Assembly: GCA_002633005.1 (NCBI GenBank)
Contig: NMRA01000320.1
Coordinates: 126,720-190,719, forward strand
Source of the DNA: Phoronis australis
Taxonomy: Eukaryota; Animalia; Phoronida
Length of the DNA: 64,000 bases
Direction of reading: 5' to 3'
Every line of letters begins with the position of its first letter. Position 1 is the first letter of the stretch. Made by a program: the position numbers and the translations under genes. Under the pieces are notes generated by a model. It did no database searches. It was not told the origin of the DNA and saw only the letters and a program-made list of their open reading frames with translations. Of this stretch, positions 27,500 through 39,700 are shown in pieces.

Positions 27500-28486
27500 C
27501 TTGGAATTTTTCTGAGAACTTGCCGTAGTTTTTCGGCTGTTTATCGCCGACAGAATCCGCTATTCAACACATGAAGACGCTAGTATCCATTCGTAATAAT
27601 GTCATTCCGAGTAGTATAAATTTTGAATAATTTATACAGGCGTCTGAAGATCAGTTGGTTGATGAATCCACTCGATGTCGGAAGTGTTTACAACCGGGAA
27701 GCGCACCTGTGCAAAGTTAATGACACACGCGATCAGAATTAATTATACACCGAAAGAAACTACCTGGTAAAAATAAGTTCTCCTTTTCCACAGACGAAAT
27801 TTCGAGGAACGGGTTCCACGAAACGAAAAGCACAAATATCTAAAACTAATCAGAGGGACTCGCGTACCCTTCGGAATTCTTTTGAATAATAACCGTCCGG
27901 AATGAGCTTTAAACCGCTGTTGCTGTTAATGTAAGCGCCCCTCTTACAGGTAAACATGCGTAAATTAAAACCGTCTCTTGTAATGATTTGCAACAGTAAA
28001 TGTTCAAATCACTCATAAATAAACTTTTTGTTGAATAACAAAGGATCAAAGATGCGTTTGTGCTTACTGGTGGTTCAAAATTTCTTCGTCAAACTGTTTA
28101 TCTCGATATTTCCAAAGGGCGGGAATTCAACAGCTACGACGATGACCAACGAGGGCGTTCTTTCGCGATGATGTCATCCTTGTCGCCTGAATCAGACTAT
28201 TGTTGTTTGAAGTGAGTACACATCTGTGACAAACCAGTCCATGCAATAAAATTGTATTTGGGTTAAATATTTTACAGTTAAAGTCGTTATAAACTCGCCT
28301 TCCATCACAAAATCAACTTTTTATTCAGATCACTAACCGTTATAAACAGAATCTTGCACGGCTGACCTAACATACAAGTACAGTCTACAAAACTATTATT
28401 AGTTAACTCGGTGAAAGTATACGTTTACTGAAAACAGGAAGCCTGTAGAATTGCAGAATTTTGGTTTTTAATTTTTATTAATTTTC

Positions 28487-28654
28487 CATGCGTGCACCCA
28501 GCCTTTAGCACTCGAATTTCTGGCGATGTGGACCTTTTGCGGACTCATTTTCTCAGACATTTTGTTTCTCTGAGGCGGACCTTTTTGCCCTCTTCGCCAA
28601 ATGGGGGAGGGTCATTCGACCCCCCCGAGCCCCCTCCCCTTGGGTGCGCGCACG
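28487..28654. mobile_element. Small MITE with TIRs CATGCGTGCACCCA...TGGGTGCGCGCACG
   Basis: ~14-bp terminal inverted repeats; internal G/C-run hairpin; related to 30099-30358. Confidence 0.7.
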
Positions 28655-30098
28655 TTTCCATTTAGTGGGCTATGTGACTATTATGTCTTTTTAGAAAAAT
28701 TTAGGAAAAAGCAAGGTACAACGGAACCTATAACGGGGACAAGTTTCATTTTATATAAACAGCCAAGATGACAACTCAAAAACGCTGCTGCAGTTTCTAA
28801 ATCATCATTTCGTTTTCGTTTTGTGCAATTATTTTCATGAAAATCGTAAAAGTCCTTTAAACTATTTTGAAACACTTTGGGGTTTTAAGCACTTTCAAGG
28901 AAACCTGCCAATTTTATCGCTTTTTTCACATGATGTGTTTACTAATTATTTTCACTAAACAGTTTCAACTCTATTTATTTTCTTTTTCCATGGTAAAAGT
29001 TCTTTTGCCTGCATACACCAGGTGTATTGTCACTTAAAAGCCGTGCATTTCGCCTTGCAAGTTTAGCTGTCTAAATGACTATTAAATTACTAAAAGTCAT
29101 TCTTTTACTTTCTCATAAAATCGGTCTCATAATAATCATAAGCCTGATAGGATATCAGTTTCGTTATTAAAAAGAACATCAAAACCATATGCGATTCAAG
29201 ATAACACTCAGTTCAAATTTTTTGGGATGACCAATTGTAAACTGCGGATTGGAACATGACGCGTGTACGCATTGCTTGGGATTTGAGTTACCGGTTCATT
29301 CGACTGTGATCGGATGAGTGCGTGGCACCTATTGTTTTCAAGCCCAAATGCAGTTCTACCTTGACAACTAAACAGGAGCGACATGCATCTTTAAAGCGGT
29401 ATTAAATCTGTATTTTCTGCTCTCAAAAACTGAACCAAGTCATTTACCGTTACAAAGTAGGTCTCAAATTGTCCCTAATTCAAATATTAGAGGTGATTTT
29501 AAGGTTCCAAAGAACTGTAAGTTCGTTATTTCTACAGACCAAGCTCATAAAATTTCAGGTGGTGCAGGGAGCTTTGTTTGAAGAAATTCTGAATTAAATG
29601 TCTTTCGAGGCACTGAAATGAAGTCAAATATTGGCCAAGGATCAACATAAGACCAGTTTCATAACAGTAAGTGGTCAAATCAAAACTTATTTATGTTCCA
29701 ATGAAGTTTGATGTAGAATGAAATTCGATTTCACCCTTCTGAGGCTGGGAGCCAGATGTGAAAAAGTGCGTTAGATTTTAACTAGGCTGCACTACTCAGG
29801 GTGACAATTGTTAGTGGGTACCAGGAGATAGCTGTTGAACCTGCGCATCAAGAAACACCTGACGCCACAACGCGTTTCAATTAAAATGTTCCTCTAGATG
29901 CGTCCCCATAGAGACGGGAAAAGTAAAAAAATCGCATTGCTCCTAAAAAACATAACTATGGACCTGAATGAGGCAGATACACCATTTTTCGAAGAATTCG
30001 ATAGCGCATTTATGTCCTCTTACAACTGAAAATACAATCAGATGATGAAAAATTCAGTGTACAGTGGAAAACTTTTTAAAACTCTCAGTAAATATACA

Positions 30099-30358
30099 CA
30101 TTCGCGCATCCAGAGGGGGGGATTCGGGGGCCTCGAACCCCCCCCCCCACCTCTATTTGGCGAAGTGAGCAAAAAGGTGCGCCTCAGAGAAACACGAGTC
30201 CCAAAAAGTAGAAAACGAGACAAAAAAGTCCACTAAAAAGACAGGAACTACCAAAATTTGGCGAATGTACAATTCATAGCTCTGAACGTACCCCGTTTTT
30301 ATAGGTCCTCATTCTCAAAAATTCGAGCCCCTCATTTTTTAGACTGGGTGCGCGCATG
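30099..30358. mobile_element. Second MITE of the same family, opposite orientation
   Basis: CATTCGCGCATCCAG...CTGGGTGCGCGCATG; gggggattcgggggcctcgaacccccc. Confidence 0.7.
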
Positions 30359-33300
30359 CGCAACATACCACTGACCAGATTTTTGAAAAAATTCTGTTAT
30401 ATAAGCTATTTACTTGGGTACTTTTTACGTCACTTTAGAATGTAAGTAGCAACTGATATTCGGTCATTTCCTTGTCGGTAAAATCTTTATAGGATGTAAT
30501 GGCATTGGTGACGTCATTTTGTTGTACTCGATAAATATATCACGAGAAATTATTTGCCTGAAGATGTAACGACCGAACTCGTTTCTTTGAATTTCATATT
30601 GCCAAGTTTCAAAACGGATTAGAAAGCTTGTTTAGCGCCGTTGCTACCAACTTGTTGCCAGTAAACGTTCATAAATTCTTCACGCGAACTACCAACAAAG
30701 ATCCGATCGTTCTCTAAACGCGTGGGTTCAATCAAGGTGTTGGTGTAAAAGTTTACCGAAAAAAAAGACAATTGCAAAGCACATCATGATTGGGTATGTA
30801 ATAAATTTTCACCTGCATGATTTTCCCTTTACCATAAAGAATACCAAAAGTAGCCAAGGTGTTCGTCAACCTTATGGACCAGTGTTGGATAGTCTCCTAG
30901 CGGCCGAATGGTTTGGAGGAGACTGCAAGATTTCCCATGATACCGGTTTCACGGCCGCTTAGATTCACGGTTGCATCTACCCTAGATAACGCCATGCACA
31001 CGTTTTCCCGTTTGTTGTAATGACATGTCCGTCGTATACTTATCAATAAAAATTTCCCAATTCACAAAAGGAATACAGTTCTGTTACATTAGAATGACCG
31101 CTACACAACAAGAAGATTCTGGTACCTGCGCCTCTAGGCAGTAGTTCTGATGTAGCAGCACTCAGCCCTAAGGTAATGTTTCTTGACAAATTTAGCAGCG
31201 GAAAAAAGGAGAGAGCGCTCTCTCCACATGTACCGTATTGTCGCGTCTTCAGGCCCATGGGCCTATATATGAAGTAATGACATTTTTTCGTGGCCTTTCT
31301 ATCAAGTGGTTAGCAGAAGCGCATGCGCCTAAGTTTCACATATAAGCCCAGGTAATGTCCCTTGTATAAGCCCATGATTAATTCGCACACGTTTTGACTT
31401 CCGCTATGCATGCCTCTTAATGGCAAGTTTTTTTTGCGTTTGCCTTTGTATCATTAAAGTTCGGTGGCGTTTTTTCAAGAAATTTGATAAATAGTTTTGT
31501 ATTGCTGTATTGCCACCCCTTTAGGCCCATGGGTCTGTATCCGAAATAATGCGATTTCGGCTTTTTTTCACCCAAGTGGTCCGCATATTGGCGCCATATA
31601 AACGTAGTTCTGCACAGACTATCATGAGCCTATATGGAGGTGCAATATGGCACGACATTGCAAAAATTAAGGCATGGCTGGCCATGCTTTACTGGCAGCA
31701 AATCGGTAACGCCGTGCACTGTCTGAGTCGAATCGTCAAGCGCCGGACACTTACCGAACTGGCAGTACACTAAGTCCGATGTCGACAGCGGTCGATAGGT
31801 CTCAGGCTAGAACATTTCGGCCAGACAAGGCGTGAAAAACTGAACAGAAACTTGCTACCTGTGTTAATTCAAGTTTTCCTTTGGCAGTATATGATAGAAA
31901 CTGTCAACTAATGCAATGGGGACGACTAGCAATTTCAGGGCGAAAAGTAAAATATAGGAAGCCTAAATAAAATTGATAGTCTAAACAAAGAAAAACAACA
32001 AGTGAACAGTTCCTTTTGGATGTTGCAGTGGACCTTGAAGGGCTGTAGTGTTTGGCGAGGCACATGTCAGCGATTTCAGTACATGACTGTCTTGCTCTTC
32101 TTGGGCAGGAGTACACCCTCGACGTTAGGCAGGACACCGCCTTTAGGGCTAGTGACACCCCTGAAGAATTGTTGCCGCGGCCAGCGAACTGCAAGTGACG
32201 CAGCTCTCACAGTCAGACTACATGAAAAGAAATTGGCGCGAAATACTTGCCTCCCAAAACGTCACTTCCGGAGTAAAGGACGAGTAATTGTTTAAATTAC
32301 AAAAAGCTGTAATTAAATGAAAAATATGTCTGGAATAATCAACGAACCTAATTTTTGCTAAAAATGACATGAAAAAGGTTGCCTTCGCCTTTAAGCACCT
32401 GGAAGTTGTACGTGATTCTCAACTCACTATGAATCATCGTTATGTGGATCTATTAAAAATAGTCAAAAACTTCTCAATCCATCTAGAAAACTTTCTAAAC
32501 ATATTTCCAATCTCCATTTAAAGCTGATTTTTTATTTTACCTAATTCTAAAATGAGAGGTAAAATAAAATTTATAAATCAATAATCAAATTAATAGTTAA
32601 AACTTTAATGCAAAATTGACTTTACTCTGTGTACTTGAAAGACTTCAGTATCAAGCTCTTCTTTTCCTATCAAGAGCTGTCAAGGGTTAAAGTATAGTTT
32701 TAAGATTTTATAATCAGACTTCTCTCCCCCTGTTAAGAAAACAGTAGTTGATTATTTATTTATATACTGTCATTCATGGAATTGATAATCTGCCAAATTT
32801 AATTATTATTAACCTATATAAAGGTGATATACATTAGAAATACCACTGAATTCATGATTATCGTCACTACCTTCAATCATTTAAAAAAACACCAATCATT
32901 GCCGGGTTAATTTTAGTGGAATGGTTTACCACTGGAGTTTAAAGTAGTCCAACCATTGCCATCTTTCCACTAAAGTACGTCTACTGGGTGAAAAAGATTG
33001 AGAGCAAGGTTATTACTTCAAGTCACAAAAGTTCCATCATAATTTCAATAATTTTACTAACGTATTGTGGTCAGTGTAACTTATAGTGGTGCTCACTATT
33101 TACTCACATGTCTGTCCGCCACAATGCCGAGTGTGAACGGCTCTTTCGCAGCACCACCAGTCCAATATACATGTATGATCACATCTGGTCTAATTTTGAC
33201 ATTAGTTATAGGAATCGAAAAACTCACGTTTTATTAAATTATTTCCATGATTTAGATTATGACTGTAATGTTTTATTACTCCAAAACCGCGATTTCATTT

Positions 33301-33773
33301 TTAATTGTCCCAGTAAGCAGTTGATTCAATATTTGCATCACTATTCAAAGCTGTTACTGGTATTTGTTCAGTTCCTATCATTTCCTCGTCTTGTTAGTTA
33401 CTCTGTTATTGCTAATCATTATATTTTGACTTAAATAATTTAACAATAATTACATATAATACCCCTAAATATAATGATTGGTGTCAGCGCTAATTCTTAG
33501 TTCTAGTACTGTATGGTCTTACACTAACACCACCAGCAACAACAGTTGGACAGAGCTTAGTAATCTCTAAAACTCTGCTTTTGATGGTTTTTAATACAGG
33601 GGAGAAGCCATTGAGGTGGCCTTGACAACTTCTGAAGCATTTTTTATAGCTTCTCCAGAAATCACTTTGTACCCAAATCTAGTTTTCTGTCCCACTTAAA
33701 AAAGAAAAGTCTTGAGCAAATGGTGCAATGGTGTAAAACAAAAGACGGCAACGTGTTAAGTTGTTTGTGTATT

Positions 33774-33779
33774 TTTATT
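33774..33779 (-). promoter_or_regulatory. Candidate VKR polyadenylation signal AATAAA (implies ~2.2 kb 3'UTR)
   Basis: AATAAA on the minus strand followed ~30 nt downstream by GT/T-rich gtcttttgttttac. Confidence 0.4.
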
Positions 33780-35941
33780 CAGCATATTGTATACACATGA
33801 AATAAATAAATGCATACTTGACCGTACATGGACACAAGACTAGTTGTTCATAGCCATTTCAGAACATCCATGCCTAGAAACACAACTTAATGAATGGAAC
33901 AAATAGTGGTTGCCAGTTTCTGCCAGTGGTTGAAACCTTCCTCAATGTTCGTGTCAGAATTGTGCTTGGTCAACCTCAGTAGACAACCAGTGTGGGAAGC
34001 ATTTTAACTTGTGTTGAACACTGTAAAAGGAGTACTTCCATAAAATGCTGAATATGAACCAGGATTAAGTTCCAGAAGCAATTTCATTGTTCCATCATAT
34101 CATTGCAGTCCAGATTAAGCAAGCTTTATTGTAATCATACACCAAATGGCTACAGAGGAAAAAAAGAGACTGAAGCGTTGACCAAACAGTGAAGTGATAC
34201 AGGTACATCTACATTACGCATGACATTTGTTCTCATAATAATGACGTGCAAGGAAATTTGATCACCACAATATGGCAAAATCTCACCAATTTCAGACAAA
34301 AATGATGGCAAAAGTAGCGCTCTCGTAATTTTTCAAGGTCGTCTAATATTGTTGCCCACAATTTTTACAAAATACCATCTTAGTAGCTATGATGCAGAAC
34401 TTGAACATTGCAGAGCATCAGTTTGGCACTATAAATGCGTCCTTTAGGAAAAATGTGAACACAAAAAAATTTCACCAGTCCACCATATTGAGTCCTAGAC
34501 TGTCGAGATTTTCCTGTAACATCAACAACAAACCTCTAAATAACATTAACAAGACTAGATAGTACAGTATGAGTGAAATGGCAATACACAGTGAGATGAC
34601 AGCGTGGATGAGATAGAGAATAGCAACAACAGTGTTCTGCAATCTAAACATGAGGTTACCTACAATTGCACGGGAGGTGTGGCGAGCACCTGTAATTAAT
34701 CAGCATTTTAACGTAGGACAATATTCACAGGACAGGGGAACTATACAAAGATGCATTGGGGCATTGCAGAGCAAATATTTTTTTTACATACACTACAACA
34801 AAGAACATTTTTAAGTGTTAAAAGTTTTCCAGAGTAAAACAAGTCCATAATGAAATAAATAGACATTGCCAAAGGTCTCTTTGTCTAAAATGTCCCCGTT
34901 TCCTTGCCCAATTAGACTTTGCACATTCTATTTACACAAATGCATTAGCAGCTAAAGAATAAAATCACCAGGTTATAAGCAAAACATTGCCTGGGTCTGC
35001 ACATCTTACCAATATTATAAAATTCTTTAAAAGCACATTCCTGAACAACGATAACAAACTGGTCGGAAGCCGGATGTTTCCTAAGTGTAAACGAGCATAA
35101 ATAGTTAACAAATTTAATATACCCACTCCTCCAGGCATAAAAACACCATACATGGATATAAAGCCCCAGAAATAGTGCGATTTAGAATTTGATCAATTAT
35201 AAAAACATTCTTAGGAACTTAAAACCCCACGACTTGGCAGCCAAGCCAACCAAGCTTAAAATTTTTCTCGATAGACCACAATCAATACATGTTGAAAGTA
35301 ACTGAACAAAATGACCTGGAATGGCCCATAATGTAGGCCAAGGGCAATAGAATTCGCCATCATAGAGGCTGACTGTCAAGCCTGTTAATAGAGAATTAAC
35401 CATGAAGTTGAAAAAGTTGAAACGCTATTGGAAAGTTGGGACATTGCTGTCAAGATGGGTTGATACATGTCATTTCTGGTGTGAACAGAAAAAGTATTTA
35501 AACTTAACACAAATAACCCACTGCACAAACGGAGGCCATGTCTGAGGTGTAACTCGAAACCAAAGTTTGAGAGCACAACATATTCAGCATTTCACCCCAG
35601 TCATAGACTGACTAGAAAGTGCACTTCACAACCTCTCATGCACACAATCCCAGGACAATAGTGGAATGAACCATGTTTTGCTTTAGATGTTGGGATGGTA
35701 CTAACAAGCATTAAATGTCAACAAGAAACAGAAACAAGGTAGATTAAAATCTCAAATGGCTAAGGAAATATCGCGAGCAGCAAGGTGACATGCTTTACAC
35801 ACACACACCCCTGCTTTAAGTATCCAGAAGGTACGCTACTTACAGTCTCTTCAAAAGTTGTAACAAATACAACAATCACCTTCCTACTGACCAGTCAACT
35901 CATTAAACCCTTTACAGTAACACTGTATTTCTATTCAATCG

Positions 35942-36734
35942 TCACACAACTGCGACATTATTCGGCGGAACATGCGTCCATTCTTTCGAATTATCGCTAC
36001 AGTAATCACTATCCGTTTTTTCATCCACCGAGCATGGTTTGTTTCCCCGCTTTGAAAACACGGGACTGTATGATATCGAGTTACATTTTGAGCTCGGATC
36101 CGCTTCGTGGCTCTGCGTGTGGAGCCAACCATTATTTGATTCACACTTCTGACTTGAGTTCTTACTATGACCTGGTGTACACAGCCAGCCATTAGATACC
36201 TGCTGATTGTCTTTCGTAAATGAGAGCGAGTCATTGACGTGCGTTGCCTGCGGCAACATGGGTCTGCACTCGTGACTGGAATGTAACGAGGAGGGTGTAA
36301 AACTGAACTGCAAAGTCAGGCTCTCCTGGGACGAGTGCAAACTTGGAATGGACTGTAACATATCATTGTCCTGCAGCTCATCTACGGGAGCCTGATCTCC
36401 GCATTTTTCCTTTTGCATGAAGTTTCGTTTCATTTCGTGTAGGGGATAAGCACCAGGGCTGCGTGGACCAGGCGACTGAGTTGGGTGATTGAATATGGAG
36501 GAGACTGATGAGGCCGACGGTAGGTTCCATCGACCGCCTGTTGGCTTAGCTGGCTTGGACACCATTTTGGACATGATGTTGATAGTCTCTTTCTCGTCCA
36601 TGGAGACCGAGGCGATTGGCTCCTCTAGGTAGGGGGAGAGTAGCTCCGGAGACTGTTGGAGAATGTCAGTGATCTGGGAGGCAGTTGGACGGTCCTCGGG
36701 CAGCCTGGACCAACACGCCAGTATGAGGTTCCGT
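35942..36734 (-). CDS. VKR: VKR last coding exon (CWSRLPEDRP + Ser/Pro-rich tail, stop)
   Basis: Within ORF 35942-36772; kinase subdomain XI. Confidence 0.9.
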
Positions 36735-39700
36735 CTAAAAATGGAAAAAAAACACGGTATGAAAACACTCATGGAGTTAGTGTAGGTACATTACTGTTTT
36801 TTTCCCAAACAGCTGAGAACGCAGATATAGATACGATCAGTGTTTTTCCTGAACACGTTCACTTCACTTGCAGCTTATTGTATGCGTCAAGTTTGATTAA
36901 GCGTGTCATGTTCTTCGTAGGAAAATTCACTGTGTTTAAACTAAATTACTAGTATTAAGAATGTACCTTCTGTAAATGGCACATCCAATTTCCAAGAAAT
37001 GATTGCATTGAAAGAAAACCCCTGTAAGTGCTTTTGGAAAAGATGGTAGAGTTCTCTCGGAAACACGTGGGCTTGAAATGAAATTCAAGTTAGAGGTTTA
37101 TTTTCTAGGCAACTTAGCTCCTAAAAGTCTGGCCACAAATTCATCGACAAGTGAACACTCCGTTCTAAGAATCAAAAATTGATGTCTCATCTACATTCTC
37201 AATTTGCCTGACATGCATAACAATCCCGAAAGAAGTTTTTTTACCCCTTTTTTCAAAGAGGGGTATTGGTTGGTGGGGGCTTTTTCAGAAATCCCGGTAT
37301 GGCTTCTTTGTGTAGAACTTAAATTATGGTTCCAAATTTCCACCATATCCTATGAAACAGGTGAAGAAATATAGTCCATACCAAATAACTACAGCACTAC
37401 TCACAGCTCGTCATCACAATGCGCCGAGATCGAGAGGGTGTTGCCCCGCCTCACATAATCCAGGACCTCACTGTTGGAGAAGCCTTGGTATGGGAAACTA
37501 CCAAATGTGATAATCTCGTAAAGCAGAATACCAAAACTCCACACGTCTGAGAACGGCGTGAATATCCCCTCTAGCAGGCTCTCCGGTGCCATCCACCGGA
37601 CAGGCAACATACCTGGCGACATACAAGGAACAATATTACGGTCATTTCACGCACTGATTCGCTCCAATGACGAATATCATCTTTGGCAAATCTCACTTAT
37701 TTTGCACACTATCTCATTTCGTACACCCAAAACTATTTGTAATATTTTGTCCCTCATTTGTTTCACACGAAGCTATTTGAGGAGAATTTCTCAACTTGCC
37801 TAATTTGAAGACAGTCACTAGTTTTACATTTCCAAAAATATCGATGTAAAGCCTCAAAATGTAAAAAACTTTTGTAACCATGCATGTGCCTTGAAAACAT
37901 AGTTTTATGGGTGTACTATTAATTTTGAAACGTTATTTAAGTAATCCGATCCTTGGTAATGAAGGTATCCTACAACTTTAAAGCTTCTGATAACCAACAG
38001 CATCTGAACTCAAAGAAATATTTCCAGGAAAATAACTTTAACCAAACACTGAATTTCATTAAATGTCCACTAATGCCATCTATTGGTAAGAACTTGACCT
38101 ACCTCTCTTGCTGAATCTATAGTAACCATGGTCAAACATCGGTCTAGCCATGCCAAAATCTCCGATCTTCACTGTCTTGTTGGCATGGACTAAGCAGTTA
38201 CGGCATGCTATATCCCTGCAACAAAAACAGTTGCGTTGCTCACAGTTTAGCATCTAAGCGAGGTTAAACGCCACAAGTAATTGTGATAGTGGATAGCCAA
38301 CAACAGTGCTTGTTTCCCAGGTTATTATTTTGAAAAATATAATAAAATGGGCAGTCATAACGGAGTGTGCCCTTGACCTCCACTACTCCTCTAGTAAATG
38401 CAAGATATTCACTGTAACGTCCTCAACGTACCTATGTACATATTCGTTTTCATGGAGGTAGTCCAGACCCCTAGCGACATCTTGTGCCATCTTGGTTAGT
38501 GACACGGGCGATACATCTTCTGCTTCTCTCACATCCTGCCCAACTAGTTGTCTCCTTGACAACAGAAACGTCTTAAGATCACCTGAAAACATAACAACAA
38601 CCATTAATGAGTAGTCACAACATGGTGGAAAAATGTTTTTGACTGCACAACAATTAAGGTGACATAGTCAGATAGGGAAATGTTTTGTTGAGATCAACCC
38701 CGAGATGTATTCAGACTATTACGACTTCTGAGCAGTCCGATTCTTTACAAGCTGAGCTAACTCTGCTCGATAAATACCAGATTAGTTTAAGGGCATTTAA
38801 CTGGAAAGGTCACTGGCCTCGATTTCAGCATATGACTGGAAGCTAACAGCGATAATTGGCGACATGAAATATAGTAACAAAACAAAACTGAATTTGTTTG
38901 TTTATTGCTCTGGTCAAATTTAATAACTTCAAGAAGTCTATCCCATCCAACAATAATATCTTCAAGAAGTCTATCCCATCCAACAACAATAATAATAACT
39001 TCAAGAAGGCTATCCCATCCAACAATAATAATACCTTCAACAAGCCTATCCCACCCAACAATAATAACGTCAACAAGTCTATCCTATCCAACAATAACTC
39101 TTCAACAAGTCTATCCCATCCAACAACAATAATAACTTTATCCCAACAATAAACCCAAAACTGATTGCGACCTTTTACCACTAAGGGAAACATTCACAAC
39201 CACACAAAAGGCAGTTACAAAAAAGTTTTAATGATACCAAGTACTTTTGAGAGTTAAACTACTTTGTTACTGGTGACAGTGCCCTTGGGTACAAGTAATG
39301 TCACTTGTTGGCAGTCACCAAAGGGGCTCACAATTCATCTTTTGACATGAAGATCAGAAAAATAAAACATTTCCGCTACATCATCTCAGCAGACAGAGCC
39401 AAGGAGCATATAAAAATTGATATCAATCCCATTAAACCACCTAATTAGTTTAATTCAGCAAGAACTCAGACACAGACAAATAATACCGTGTAACATGAAC
39501 TCCATAACGGCATAGGCTGGTTCACCCCTTGTACACACTCCCAGAAGGTTGACGATGTTATCATGGTCGAACCTCTTCATAGTCTCTGCTTCGCTCAGGA
39601 ATTCCAGCTGAAACAAACAAAAAACAAAACAAACAGTCAATCAGAGCATCTGTAAAAAACAATCAGGACATCTTGGGTAAACACTGAACTCCCGACATAG

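Noticed and set aside
31000-33450. Intergenic ORFs of 70-108 aa as a hidden gene between VKR and the cadherin
   Set aside because: No recognisable motifs or splice-consistent chain; the region looks like decayed DNA-transposon fragments (e.g. a ...CCTTTAA end near 32390)
38690-38765. tRNA-like A box (TAGCTCAG) on the minus strand; a similar one at ~985-1006
   Set aside because: No cloverleaf or intact B box; at most decayed SINE heads
38843-39193. Asn-rich and Leu-rich ORFs
   Set aside because: Translations of a minisatellite
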